Assembly: GCF_026571515.1 (NCBI RefSeq)
Contig: NW_026853286.1
Span: 62,001 to 126,000 of the forward strand
Direction of reading: 5' to 3'
DNA: 64,000 nucleotides
Source of the DNA: Ruditapes philippinarum
Lineage: Eukaryota
Shown: piece after piece, positions 35,512 through 48,954 of the stretch
Layout of the letters: every line of letters starts with the position of its first letter
Numbering within the stretch: position 1 is the first letter of the stretch
Notes under the pieces: model-generated
Told to the model about the DNA's origin: nothing
The model's database searches: none
What the model saw: only the letters and a program-made list of their open reading frames with translations
Position numbers and translations under genes: made by a program

Positions 35512-36895
35512 TTAAGCGTTTTCTTCGACCTTTAATTGTAGTAAATAAAAAGAAATTATGTCCTTTGATCTAGAACGTAATTAAGGGTACTAAGAGTTAA
35601 TACAGAATGAGACCTATATGTTATTTCCGCTTAATCAGTTTCTGTCTAATAAGATCTTTAGATAATTTCATGTTAATGTCGCGTCGTATCAGTAGCGTTG
35701 AATTCCCGCTGTCTACCAACATCTCGTGCGAAAACCACTACAACAAGGTCAGTTTTGGTAACACGGTATACGGACATTTGCCCCAGCACATTTGCCCCCC
35801 CCCCCCTTCACACTACAACATACTCTAAAAATTGAATTAATTGAATTATCCCCAGTCAGGTCATTTGTTAAACACACACTGAGCATATTTTCAAATAGGC
35901 AGAGGTGAGCAAGTATCCACCTTTATATTTTCCACTGGTTGTTGAAGGGGGGGGGGGGGGGGGCAAATGTCTAAAGATACTTTTTTTTGACTGGGGACGA
36001 GTGTCCAGGGGACAAATGTCTCCGATTCAATTAAAACTTGCTCGAACATGTTTCTAAAAAAAGCTCTATTAAGGTATTCAATGAATATAGAGGTCACACC
36101 AGTAAGAATATATTAAAAGATAAATTCCTCGTTTTGATAATCTATATACGTAGATTGGAAGTGCCGCTTGCAATATTAAAATTACTATATTTCTGCACTT
36201 CACAATATTTTTGCATTTAAATACATTTCCAAACTTTAAACAAAAAATAGCATGAATCTGGAGGCAGGCTGCTTTAAGCGTTTTCTTCGACCTTATATTA
36301 TAGTAAATAAAAAGAAATTATGTCCTTTGATCTAGAACGTAAGGGTACTAAGAGTTAGGTACTAAGAGTTAATACAGAATGAGACCTATGTGTTATTTCC
36401 GTTTAATCAGTTTCTGTCTAATAAGTTCTTTAGATAATTTCATGTTTATGTCGCGTCGTATCAGTAGCGTTGAATTCCCGCTGTCTACCAACATCTCGTG
36501 CGAAAACCACAAACAACAAGGTCAGTTTTGGTAACACGGTATACGGACAGTCCCCCCCAGCACATTTCCCCCCCCCCCCCCTTTACACTACACAGACTCT
36601 AAAATTAAATTAATTGAATTATCCCCAATTTGGTCATTTGTTAAACACACACTGAGCATATTTTCAAACAGGCAGAGGTGAGCAAGTGTCCACCTTTATA
36701 TTTCCACTGGATGGTGAAGGGGGGTGGGGGCAAATGTCTAAATATACTTTTTTTGACTGGGGACGAGTGTCCAGGGGACAAATGTCCCTGATTCCATGAA
36801 ACTTGCTCGACATGTTTCTAAAAAAAGGCTCTATGAAGGTATTCAATGAATATAGAGGTCACACCAGTAAGAATATATTAAAAGATAGATTCCTC
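35383..36895 (+). repeat. Local ~750-bp tandem duplication (35383-36127 / 36128-36895)
   Basis: Both copies start CTCGTTTTGATAATCTATATACGTAGATTG and end AAGAATATATTAAAAGATARATTC. Confidence 0.9.
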
Positions 36896-37067
36896 TGTTT
36901 TCGCTTAATTTTCCTCTTCAGATGTTATACAATTATGGTCCTTACCGTAGTAAAACATTTAAAAGTATTAGTAGAATCACATATAGGCGGCATAAAGGAT
37001 GCGAAGGAATTCTTTGATTTACTGCGTGCGCACGCGACACATGAAGCTATTAACGCTAACGCTCTCG

Positions 37068-37172
37068 TATGGTGGCTGATTTGTGCCATTCGTGTTTTCG
37101 CCCCGAGACCCCGCCAAGCGAAAAGTCGAGAATTAATAATTTAAAATGTCGGGGGCGCCAAGCGAATACGCG
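37068..37172 (+). mobile_element. Left-end fragment of an element related to the 27848 IS3EU-type MITE
   Basis: Starts TATGGTGGCTGATTTG (cf. TATAGTGGCTGATTTG); absent from unit 1. Confidence 0.5.
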
Positions 37173-38165
37173 CTTATTATTACTCATTGGCCAACTACAA
37201 GAACCATGTTTTCATCTGCTTGTTGGCAAAAAGTACAGTTATAGTGATATTGTTAAATTTGTATGAAAGTCAAAATATTTCTTTGTTTACAGTTTGCTAC
37301 TTTTAAGACAAATTATTTCACATTTATGTCTTTTTCTTCACGTATTTTCACGTAACAAGTATCTTATATTCCCTAAAACCATTATTGAAACATTATAAAA
37401 TTCATGTTTGCCATTTGCTAAAAAAGTAAAAATATATTTGAGCGGTCACATGAAATTTCCAACATAGTGGTCAACTTTGACATTTTACTTTTTTCAAAGA
37501 TTATCAAAATGCATTCTTTCCATTTTATATAAAGCAGGATGGGATTTCAACAACTTAAAGCGTCTTACGCGCACATCCACTACACTTTACAATTGTCTCT
37601 TAATCATTTACTCTTTTTTTTGAGGGTCCTTTATATAAAACAATGATATACATGTGATATGAAATCTTCCTTCTTCTATTTGCATTAAAGTGTATATTCC
37701 AATTTATCTTCGTATCAGCAACGGCAGAAATACTAAATAATAAATTAGCAATCAAAAGAATACATGTAACAATTGCTTAATTATTTTAAGTAAGTAAGCC
37801 CTGGGAGTGTTTTCTGTTGCAAGGTCAATATGCCAAGTGCCGTTTGATTATTCCTTGAAATTTTGTTCAAGAGATTTACAAAAAGAATTTCACCACAATA
37901 CATTTGCTAACAATAGAGCACTTGTCAATGTCTGTGGTTAAATCTCAAGTACACCATCATGCACATACATATATAGTTATATCTTATATTAGCTGAACGG
38001 CATTCTTCGCTATTCACTGTTTGAAGAAGGGGACACGTAATTAAAGCACATATTTGCTAAACAAAAAAATCTTAACTATTCTTTATTTTTATGGATGTGT
38101 TTACTCTAACGATACTGCTGAGACAATTAAAACAGGTTAATAAGTAAATAAAATAAACAATAGGA

Positions 38166-39854
38166 ATGGAAGTTGCTGGACGTAATGAGTCTTCCAGGCC
38201 TGCTATATTGTGTCGTCCATGTCAGCGTGATGATGAAACAGTTCATGCGGAGGGTTATTGTGAGGCTTGTAAAGAATTTCTATGCTCATCATGCATTTCG
38301 GCACATCGGAAGTTGGTCATCACAAAAAGTCACATGATTAAATCCAGAGATGAAATGCCGACATATCAGGCTGAAAGCGATCCATGCACTGAGCTCTGTG
38401 ATGTTCATAAAAACGAAATAGTAAAGTTTTATTGCCAGCAGCACGACAGCGTTGGTTGTGGAGATTGTATGGTACTTCAACATACCTCTTGCAATGTAAA
38501 GCTTGTTTCGGATGTTTCAAGTAACTATGACAACAGCGGCGATCTTTTGGGAATCAAACACAGAATTGATCATCTTAGAAAGAACATTGCATCGTGCGAA
38601 AAAGAAATAAAAGGCAGTCTGGAAACAGCTGAAAAAATAAAAACCAATACCATCAGAGAAATTAAACGTTTCCGTAAAGAAATTGAAGACTACCTGAACA
38701 AAATTGAAGAAGATCTGTTACAAAAGGTTGATAAGATGAGTGCTAGCGATTTCTCAACACAGCGAAAGCTTCAGGATCAATGCAAGGCATTGGCTCGTGA
38801 CATTGAAGAATTTCAAAATAAACTAGATAAGTGTAAAGACAAGGTCAATTCTTTGTTTGTGGCATCTAAAAGCGTTAGAGAAAGACTTCATAAGTGTCAA
38901 AAAATGAATGAGGAAATTTCATCCAAAAGTAAAATAAACACATTCAAATTCATACCCTCTGAATATATCAACAATTTGAAAACACGCAACGAATGCCTTG
39001 GCAATCTTAATATACAAGTGAAGAGATTCGCGGGACAATGCAAGGGTACTTTTATTGGCACGAGGACATGCTTTGTACAGAAACTAAGCATTAAAGCGAA
39101 ACATGACAGAGACTGTCACATAATTGGTATGGCAGCCATATCTGAAGATGAAATTCTGTGTGCAGATTGGAACAACAGCTCATTGAAGGTTTTAAATCAT
39201 AGAGAAGGCAAAATCACATCAACATTGCAGTTGGAAACTATTCCCGCTGGAGTCACAAAAATTACCCCCTCGTTAGCTGCAGCCATTTTACCAATCAAAG
39301 GCAAAATCTTGTTCCTGACAACACAAAGTGGATTGATTAAAAGTCATAAAACATCTGTTCGACATGCATGCATGGGAATAGATCATCGCGATGGTATAAT
39401 GGCTGTTACTTTTTGGAATCCTCCCGCTGTTCAGGTGATGGACACGAAAGGTCAAATTCTCCTTGATCTCGTGGATACAAGTATACTGGAGTATCCGCAA
39501 TTTATATCCCTGACTAACAATAATAAGAGTATTCTAGTGTCAGACTTGGGTACCAAAGCCGTGTATGAATTTAACCTCAAGGGAGAGCTGCAAGCTACAA
39601 ATAAAAGTGTAAAGATGGGCAAACCGGCAGGCATAACAGTTACCAACTGTGGATGTGCTGTTGTTTGTTATATAGGTAATAGCGATAAAGCCGGACTGAT
39701 TGTACCTGAAACAAGGAAAATACTGCCTTTCTCCCTGGATAATGTGATACTAACATTGTCTATCCTGATTTCTGAAGAACAACGCAAGTTGTTTATCAGT
39801 GAACATGAAACATCAAAAGACTGCAATTTCATAAAAATGTTTGACTACAAGTAA
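38166..39854 (+). CDS. RING-less TRIM-like protein: tandem B-box zinc fingers, coiled coil, degenerate NHL-like beta-propeller; 562 aa, single coding exon
   Basis: B-box1 CRPC..AEGYCEACKEFLCSSCISAHRKL..SH and B-box2 CDVH..FYCQQHDSVGCGDC..HTSC, a heptad-rich helix, then propeller blades (CADWNNSSLKV, PAGVT, CMGID, VSDLG, PAGIT). Likely UTR-intron acceptor AACAG|G ~30 nt upstream. Confidence 0.92.
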   Translation: MEVAGRNESSRPAILCRPCQRDDETVHAEGYCEACKEFLCSSCISAHRKLVITKSHMIKSRDEMPTYQAESDPCTELCDVHKNEIVKFYCQQHDSVGCGDCMVLQHTSCNVKLVSDVSSNYDNSGDLLGIKHRIDHLRKNIASCEKEIKGSLETAEKIKTNTIREIKRFRKEIEDYLNKIEEDLLQKVDKMSASDFSTQRKLQDQCKALARDIEEFQNKLDKCKDKVNSLFVASKSVRERLHKCQKMNEEISSKSKINTFKFIPSEYINNLKTRNECLGNLNIQVKRFAGQCKGTFIGTRTCFVQKLSIKAKHDRDCHIIGMAAISEDEILCADWNNSSLKVLNHREGKITSTLQLETIPAGVTKITPSLAAAILPIKGKILFLTTQSGLIKSHKTSVRHACMGIDHRDGIMAVTFWNPPAVQVMDTKGQILLDLVDTSILEYPQFISLTNNNKSILVSDLGTKAVYEFNLKGELQATNKSVKMGKPAGITVTNCGCAVVCYIGNSDKAGLIVPETRKILPFSLDNVILTLSILISEEQRKLFISEHETSKDCNFIKMFDYK

Positions 39855-41278
39855 AGTGATTTTTATCTCATAAAAAGTTAGGTTTTTTTTTATAATAAAC
39901 AATGTATTAAATATTCTTTCGGTCATTTTTAGGTTATTGTATTTTGTCTTTATGTAGAATATTTAAGACAGTCTCACAATGTGCAAGGTTATAACATATG
40001 AAAGAAACAAAGAACAATTTATATGTTATGATTTATACATTTAAACAGTACTGTACATGTGTTACGGTTGCATATTTCTGTTAAGACATAAATACTTCAT
40101 TTTCAAGTTAATTATCTTCCTAACTTCATGTCATGTAATTAGTTTCGTATTAGAAACAATTATGTGAAAAACTATAGATATGTTTTTTCATAAAACAATT
40201 GAATGACGTCGACGAATGTATGTAAAAAGAACCCACAAAGTTCAACCAACACTTGTCAAATAAATAAAAGATAATAATTTGTTTGTCTACATTTTTTGTG
40301 TTAGTAAGTTGATGAGATAGTTTAGTTTAGTTAGTTAGTTACTTAGTTACTTATTTAGTTATGTAAATCTTTGTTGAATCAACAACTTGAGGATAAATAA
40401 GCCATTGTTTATGGAACGTGCCAGGAATATTGCTCATGGCAATCTGATGACCTTATTATGTTGTGCGCAGACTTAATTATCTCGTTCACACCACACAGTA
40501 ACTCGTGCGCACGACTTGATTACCTTTGTGCATCACTTAGTAACTCGTGCGCACGACATAGTGTCTCGTGCTCACCACTTAATTATATCGTACACAGTCT
40601 CGTGCTCACCACTTAATTATGTCGTACACACGACTAAGTAACTCATGTGCACGACATAATGTCTTTTGCGCATGACTTAATTATCTCATGCGCAAGAATA
40701 GTAAATAGTGAGCTCGACAGTATATCGTGTGCACGACTTAATTATTTTGTGCAAACGGCTTGAAGATCTCGTGAGCACGATTTAGTAATTCCTGCTTATG
40801 ACATAATATAATACATAAAAAAACACACGTCACTTCTGTGTCACCGACACAACATATGTACCAAATATTAAAAACAATATTTTAATGTATGAACGACACA
40901 CAAAATCGCCTTTAGGACGCAAGCCAGGTTGTCATTCTCACGAATGATCTTTGATTTATACAGAATTATACAGATTTTATTTTCGTTCGATTGTGAAGGA
41001 AGCAATGAACTTATAGACACACGCTACATTCCATTCCTGGACCCAACCACTATTGAGCAATGAATGTAAGATTTCTTGCTCAAAGAAACAACGGCTTGCC
41101 TCTGACGGGATTTGAACTAAACATCCTCAGAATGAGTTATCTTTAAATACAAAGGAAAAATGAGAAATACATGACGTACTTGTGAAAAATTGAAACCAAT
41201 CTGACATTGTTATGAAGATGAAATATTAATAATGGTGTGAAAACTGTAAAGAGAGAACCATGCACTTATACATGTATT

Positions 41279-44200
41279 GGAATTATAAGTGAAAATGATG
41301 TTATATGTTTAAGTGAGTCTTGGACGAATAAAAGCTCAGTTATTGATCTTAATGGATATGACAAACCGATTCATTCTTATAGACGATTTCAGCATAGACG
41401 TGCTAAGCGCTCCAGCGGTGGACTTATCATTTATATAAAAAATTCCATAAGAAAAGGTGTTAAAATGGTTAAAAATGATATTGATTGTCTGGTATGGTTG
41501 AAATTTGATAAATCGTTCTTTCACATAGAAAATGACATTTATTTAGCAGTTGTATACATTGCACCAGAACATTCCCCGATTCATGATAGGTACGATGAAG
41601 ATATTTATAGGCACATTGAAAATGATATAAATATATTTAGCAATAAAGGAAAAATATTCAATTACTGGAGACACTAATTCGCGCATTGGCCAGAAAGTGA
41701 TTATATATAACATATGATAGACATATAGGACAAACAGATATTTATACGATTGACCCATATTTGCCACGGACTTCTTGTGATTTTGGTTCAAATCGCTTTG
41801 GCGATCGTTTACTTGACCTTTGTAAATCAACCAATTTTCGGGTAGTTAATGGTAGATTGTATAGAGATAAAGGCATAGGCAAATTTACCTGTATGACATA
41901 TAACGGGGAAAGCGTGGTCGATTATCTGGTGACGTCACAGTTAAACTTTCAAGATTTAGCCGATTTTTATGTGCATGATTTCAATGAATTTTCTAACCAT
42001 GCCCCGATATCATTTTCATTCAAAGTTAACTCGATTCCAAGTACGATAAAAAAGGAGCCAACTATTTCTTATAAATGGAAACCATCACAAAGGGATGCAT
42101 TTATAAATGACGTATCACATGATATACAAAACATAGAAACTATTTTACAAGAGCAAATAAACAACGGAGAATAGTACCGATACATTAACTAAGACTTTCA
42201 CGGACTTTTTAAACGATAAAGGCAAAAACAGTACTTTGAAACTAAATCAGTTGCACGAAATAATTATTTTGTGCATAATGACTCAAATCTGAAGAAATGG
42301 TTTAGTGATGAATGTAAATTAAAGAGAGATAGTTATTTACAGGCAATTGATGACTATAATTTAGAAAAAAACGAAAGCACTAGAAATATCCTGCATGAAA
42401 AGAAACGTGATTACAAAAACACTTGTAAAAAGCATAAAAGAAGCTTTAATAAAAATGTTGGTAAAAAAATGAATGATATGAGAAGAAAAAATCCACGAGA
42501 GTTTTGGAAAACATTTAAAAAGAAATCTTCAAATCCAAATGGTGAAAATATAACTGTTGAAGAATTTTATGATCATTTCAAAAACTTGTCTTCTAATACA
42601 ATGCTTAGTGAAAATATGGAATGTAATGACTTTTTGTCGCAATTTGATACAGCCCCAGACTCCTATGGAAGTTCCTTCGCTGAACTGGATCAACCAATCA
42701 CAAAAGAGGAAATAATATCCGCCACCAAGAAACTCGGTTGTAATAAGGCGTGTTCATTAGACAATATCCTATATGAATATTTCAAAGAAAGTGTATTTGT
42801 AACGGCACGTTCAATTGAATTATTGTTTAACCACATATTAAATGCAAAAGTGTTTCCTCGTAGCTGGTCAACAGGAGTAATCATACCAATATATAAAAAA
42901 GGTGATTCGTCTGACCCGAATAATTATAGAGGAATAACATTGATCAGCTGTTTTGCTAAATTGTTTACAGTTATTATAAATGAACGATTGAAACGTTGGG
43001 CTGATAACACGGAAACTTTGACAGACGCACAATTCGGTTTTAAACCGAATTACGGTACTATTGATCCTATCTTTATATTAAATGCTTTAATAAAGAGACA
43101 ATTTATAACGAAAAATAAGCTCTTTCGTTGTTTTGTGGATTATAAAAAGGCGTATGACTTAATCGACAGAAATTACCTTTGGTATAAGCTCATAAAGACC
43201 GGGGTGGACGGAAAACTGTTCTCTATTATACGGTCAATGTACGAAGATGTTAAACTATGTGTAAGACATTTAAATAGTTTGTCAGATTTTTTCAGCTGTG
43301 ATGTAGGTCTCTTTCAAGGGGAGATCACCTCGCCGGTCATGTTCTTTATATTTTTGAATGATATTGAAATGTTTTTTACAAGAAGACCCAAATGCTTGCA
43401 TTACACTAGACCAGATATCTATATATTTGTTGTTGTTTGCGGAGGATGCCGTTCTTTTTTTCTGAATCCAAAGAACGTCAACTAAACAATATAAATAATT
43501 TACAATTGTATTGCAAAAAATGGAATTTAACTGTAAATGTTGATAAAACTAAAATTGTTGTTTTTAGAAAAGGTGGGCAATTAAGTAGAGAGTTCAAATG
43601 GTCATATGATGGAATTGATATAGAAATTGTTCAAAACTTCAATTATTTAGGAATTGTATTTTCTAGTGGCGGTTCATTTGTACCAGCAACAAATACCCTT
43701 AGTGGAAAAGGCTTAAGGGCAATGAACTCTTTACTTAACATTACAAAAGAGTTAGATATATCTATAGAAATAATGTTCAATTTGTTCGATGCGTATGTTT
43801 TATCTATTTTGAATTATAATTGTGAAGTATGGGGCTTTAATAAAGCAGAAAATATTGAACGTTTGCAAAGAAAATTTTGTAAATGGTTATTAAATGTTAA
43901 AATGTCAACAATACTCTATCATTGTATTCTGAACTAGGTAGATTTCCTCTGTATATTGAAAGATATGTTAGGATAGCAAAATATTGGCTAAAGTTACACG
44001 GCGATAAGAGTCAAAACTGTATTTTAACAACTATTCTAAGTTCTCAAAGAAATGATATATCAAATAACTCAAATGTTGTCAACTGGTCATCAAAAGTTCG
44101 AGACATGTTACAAAACGCTGGATTTGCCGAAGTATGGTTATATCCAGAATCGGTTAATATTAAAATTTTTATACCAGTATTCAGATCACGTCTCAGGGAT

Positions 44201-44845
44201 ATATATGTAACCCAATGGCGAGCAGACATGGCGTTATGCTCTTCCTTGCAAATGTATTCAAATGTTAAAGTTAAATATGAAAGGTCTATTTATCTTAAAT
44301 TATTAGAAAATGCAAAATACAGATCAGTTCTTGCAAAAATTAGATTAAGTTCCCATAAACTACATATTGAATCTGGAAGACACAGGGGTATTGAAAGAAG
44401 TCAGAGAAAATGCACATTATGTACGTCCGGGGATATAGAGGATGAATTTCATTTTATATTAATATGTCCAATTTATAGTGATTTTAGAAGTATGTACATT
44501 TCGAGATACTTTACTGTTAATCCTAGTGTTTATAAATTCATACAATTGTTAAACGCAGATAGAAAATTGGTTATTAGAAAATTAGCATTATTTTGTATTA
44601 AAGCATTTGAAAGACGAGACAATTTGGTAGATTAGCATATCAATATGATATTATTAATGTAGAAATTTATTTTTGGCATTCTCAATCAATATGTTAGCTA
44701 TGTCATAATATTTGAATATAACTGATTGAATTTGTTATGATATGATTCTTGACGCATGCATTGTAATAATTATACATGTATATGTATGTTATGATGATGG
44801 GTGTTGAGCCCAAGTCAGAAATAAAGTATATGTTCTGTTCTGTTC
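41279..44845 (+). mobile_element. 5'-truncated non-LTR retrotransposon (APE-RT-zinc finger; RTE-X-like), frameshifted
   Basis: APE motifs ICLSESW, SGGLIIY, GDTNSR, SVVDY, SNHAPI. RT motifs PNNYRGITLISCFAKLF, QFGF, FVDYKKAYD, GLFQGEITSP, NYLG. C-terminal RLSSHKLHIESGR..CTLC..EDEFHFILICP. 3' tail AATAAA..(TGTTC)3, TSD TGTATT, and an empty site at ~33735. Confidence 0.92.
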
Positions 44846-45512
44846 TGTATTTAGATCCCACCAAAGAAAAAATGGTGCATGTCTCTCATGAGCCGGGTAG
44901 AAGGTAAAATGTAACATGGTATTCTGTTGTTTTTTGTCGTTACTTTTTTCTTTCCTCCCCCCCCTTCTTTTTCCTGAATTCTCGAATAATTCCTTTTAGT
45001 ACTGAAGTGTGTGATAAAGTTTAAGAGGGGATTTAATTAGAGAAAACATCAGTCGAATTAAAAACATTAAACTACTGGTAACTTTAAATTGACATTTTAA
45101 TAAATGTTTGAACAATAAGTACGATATTTTGCTTCATGTTTTACTAGGTCGAATAACGAGCTCAATATCCTCCATGGGCATTTTTAACCTCTATTTGTAT
45201 CAATCCGCACAAAAATATATTTAAATGTCAGCTGTTTAATTTATTTTGTCATAAGAATTTTCCTTTCTGGACTGGCAGTGTTAAAAATTACTTTCATTTA
45301 AAATCAAACTCAGTAATAATTATGTTCTCTAGAAAAACGAATAGACATGATAATGTTATATAATTATCATTAATACGGCTCTTGTACTTTGTACGTCACC
45401 GAATTTGAACTTGAAAGTCGAGTGGTGAGGAATAGATACGGGATTACATCATATCAACGTATTTAACATATTTCAAAGGCGGGTGTACTGGATACAGGTT
45501 GCAAATATTTCA

Positions 45513-47192
45513 ATGGACGTTCCCGGTAGAAAAGAATTGGAAGCATCCGACAATGACGAATCGATTGTCCAATGCCAGCCATATCAAGGAGACAGCGATG
45601 CTGTGCAATCAGAGATGTGCTGTAAGTTTTGTAATGAGTTTATATGTGCATCATGTATCAAGGCACACAGGAAGTTTGTCGGGACGAAGAATCACAAAGA
45701 CAAATTGTCAAAAAGTCTGGATCAAACCGACGATTTCACGGAGTTCTGCGATGTCCATGAGAACGAGATAGTAAAGTTTTACTGTAAAGATCATGATAGC
45801 GTTAGATGTGGAGATTGCATTGTTCTAAATCATGCTTCTTGCAAGGTTCAGCTCGTGTCAAACGTATCCAGTAACTATGGCGACTGTGACGAACTTTTAG
45901 AAATCAAACATAGAATTGACAATCTTAGAAAAAATCTTGCTTCCTGTATGGAAGAAATAAAACGCAGTCTTAAAACCGCTGAGGAAATAAAGACAGATGC
46001 TATCAGAGAAATTAAACAGTTCCGCCAGGAAATTGACAACTATCTGAACAAAATGGAAGCAGATATTTTACAAAAAGTTGATGAAGTGAATGCTAAAGAT
46101 GTCTGTTCACAGGAAAAGCTTCAAGATCAATGCAAGACACTGACTGCTGAAATTGAAGAATTTCAAAATAAACTTGAACTGTGTAAAGACAACAGTTTAT
46201 TTGTCACATCTAAACGCGCACTGGAAAGACTGCAGAAATTCCATGAAATGAATGAGGAAATTTCAGCTAAAAGTCAAATAAACGCCTTTAAATTTAAATC
46301 ATCTGAATATATAAATGCATTACAAATACGAAACAGATGCCTTGGCAATCTGAGTACACAAATACAGAGATTTTCTGGACTTTGTAAAAGAACTCTTATT
46401 GGGTCAAAGGCACAATTCGTACAGAAATTTAACATGCAGGGCAAAAAAGAGACAGACTGTTTCATAACAGGAATGACGATTATATCAGAAACTGAAATTA
46501 TGTGTGCGGATAAGAGCTCATTAAAAGTCTTAGATCATAGAAAGGGTAAAGCAACATCCATATTGAAATTGTCAAGTCTTCCCGCTGACGTTACAACTAT
46601 AAATTCTTAATATGCTGCAACAACTTTACCGAATGAAGGCAAAATATTGTTTGTGATTACACAAAGTGGGCTGACTAAAAGTCACAGTCTGGATGTCAGG
46701 AAAGGATGTATGGGCATAGATCATCGTAATGGTATGATGGCAGTGTCGTTCACTAAACCTTCCGCTGTTCAGGTTATAAACATGGATGGACAAATTATTC
46801 ATGCAGTGAAAGAAACAAGCGTACTAAAATCGCCATTATATGTGTCCATCAGTGACGATAATAAAAACATGTTTGTATCTGACATAGGAAACGAAGCTGT
46901 ACATGAATTTACCATCAAGGGAGTGCTGAAAGATACGACAAAAAGTGAGGAGATGGGATCGCCATTAGGCTCGACAGTTACCAACTGTGGATGTGCTGTT
47001 GTTTGTTATCCAGGTAAAGGCGATAAAGTTGGACTTATTGTATCTGGTACAAGAAAAATACTGCCTTTCTACCTGCAAAATGTACTAAAACCGGCCTCTA
47101 TTCTGATTTCTGAAGAACAAAACAAAATGTTTATCAGTGAACATTTGAAATCAGCAGACTGCAATTTCATAAAAATATTTGACTTAAAGTAA
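45513..47192 (+). pseudogene. RING-less TRIM-like gene copy 3, older paralogue with one in-frame stop (TAA 46608-46610)
   Basis: ORFs 45483-46610 and 46647-47192 are in the same frame and have the same domain order as copy 2. The first B-box Cys pair is altered (CQPY). ATG at 45513 follows the acceptor TACAG|G. Confidence 0.85.
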
Positions 47193-48487
47193 CGTCATTG
47201 GTCATGAAAAATATTTTAGTAAGTTGAGCCTACCAAAAATCTTCCTAGGGAAACACTTTTATTAGAAGTATGTTTATAAACAGGAGTTCAAGTATAGAGG
47301 ATTTTTCTTAATTCTTTAAAGATAGTATTGATAAAAAGCTTACATATTTAACAGCAACGTCGAGTTCTAAGAAACATAATGGTTGGCATAAATGATAATA
47401 ATAATTCGGTAAAAAATCATGATTAGAAATATGTACGACAATCATAACCAATTTAAAAACGCCCTATGATAACCGAATCCGAATTATTTTCAACAGGTAT
47501 ACATTTTGTACTTTCGGTTTTAATATGATAAATCATAAGTATATAACCTAAATTTACGTTGACTTTAAATACATAACTAGTTAATTTGGAATAAACTTAG
47601 TTAAACTACTGTCTGTTTATGTTTTTGTATCTGTTTAGTTCCTTTGCATAGGTTTTTCCGAAATACCAAATCCGTTCTGTGTATTCTCACTATTGTTTAC
47701 GAAGTTTGACGAAAAGGGCCGAGAAGTTGAATTGTCAAATTTCTATAGTTACGGGTGTTATGACATACACGGTAAGTCTCGTTACCGCCTAATGCCCCCC
47801 CCCCCGGATATTCCGATTCGAACCGGAACATATGACAAATATTATAAATATTTTTATAGAATTAAAAGAAGCAGGAAAAAACATGTTTGTTTTTTGTTAC
47901 TAAACTTTGCATCGTTTAATGATCACAAATATAGTTAGTTACTTTAGCAACCTCTAAACTCAAAGTAATCTTCACAAAATCAAAATCTATACATTCCACA
48001 GACACTAGGGGTGTGGAGCTCCAAACGCCTTAAAATCCAAATAAAATGTCTATTTATCAGCCCCAACACATATACAAATATCAATAAAACTTAATTAAAG
48101 CTGTTTAATTTGAAAAAAAAATCATATTTCAACGTCACTTTTTTTTTTCAAAACAGCTTACTTCAAGTTTTATAGATATATATATGATACGAATATGTCC
48201 TGGGATTGGCAAAAACATTGTATCCATTTTATTCAGATTTTAGGGCGTTTGGAGGGTCTGTGATACATTCGGAATGCTTCGAATGGACTTCTAGAAGTTT
48301 AATATCGTCACATAAGAAGCTGAACATACTTAACTTTGTCTTAGGATCAGTAGAATATTTCGTGGTTACATTATGTACAGTACTAAAAAAAATAGACTCC
48401 AACATTTGAGAACTTGTAACAACTACATTGTATATTAAAGTATTTTTTCGTGTTCAGGACATTAAAGATAAAGCTATAATTATAATT

Positions 48488-48724
48488 GAGCCGCGTCAAG
48501 ACAAAACCAACATAGTGGGTTTGCCACCAGCATGGATCCAGACCAGCCTGCGCATCCGCGCAGTCTGATAAGGATCCATGCTGTTCGCTATCAGTTTCTC
48601 TACTTGTAATAGGATTTATGTAAGCGAACAGCATGGATCCTGATCAGACTGCGCGGATGCGCAGGCTGGCCTGGATCCATGCTGGTCGCAAACCCATTAT
48701 GTTGGTTTTGTCATGACGCGGCTC
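48488..48724. mobile_element. Palindromic MITE (GAG..CTC ends, AWWT flanks; Sola-like)
   Basis: ~110-bp arms GAGCCGCGTCA.GACAAAACCAACAT..GGATCCATGCTGTTCGCT; same family as 53063-53286. Confidence 0.8.
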
Positions 48725-48954
48725 ATATAATGTCTCCTTGTTGTTAACTATAACATTAGATCCTTCTTTATTGAAACAGTTTTTCGAGTATAATAATTCA
48801 TCACAGTGTTAAGATCAGTGCCACTGGAGAAAATGATTTATCCGCCCATTTATTTTAAAAACACTCGGTTGTTCAATATTTTTTGGAAGACTAACGTGGG
48901 AGTTATTCTCATCAGTGATGTGTAGTAATTGCAAATTAATACGCATGCTTTTTT

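Larger units (their letters stand above)
34334..45399 (+). repeat. Tandem segmental duplication, unit 2 (expanded by LINE insertion and a local duplication)
   Basis: Colinear with 26817-34311. Confidence 0.9.

Noticed and set aside
38289-39646. Short antisense ORFs conserved across TRIM copies
   Set aside because: Expected shadows of the sense CDS in paralogues, with no independent signal.
38166-44845. Diversity-generating retroelement (variable gene next to an RT)
   Set aside because: The RT is an ordinary LINE inserted after the duplication. There is no template/variable repeat pair, and the changes are not adenine-specific.
48383-48634. ORFs 48383-48634 and 53142-53390
   Set aside because: They read through the palindromic MITE copies.
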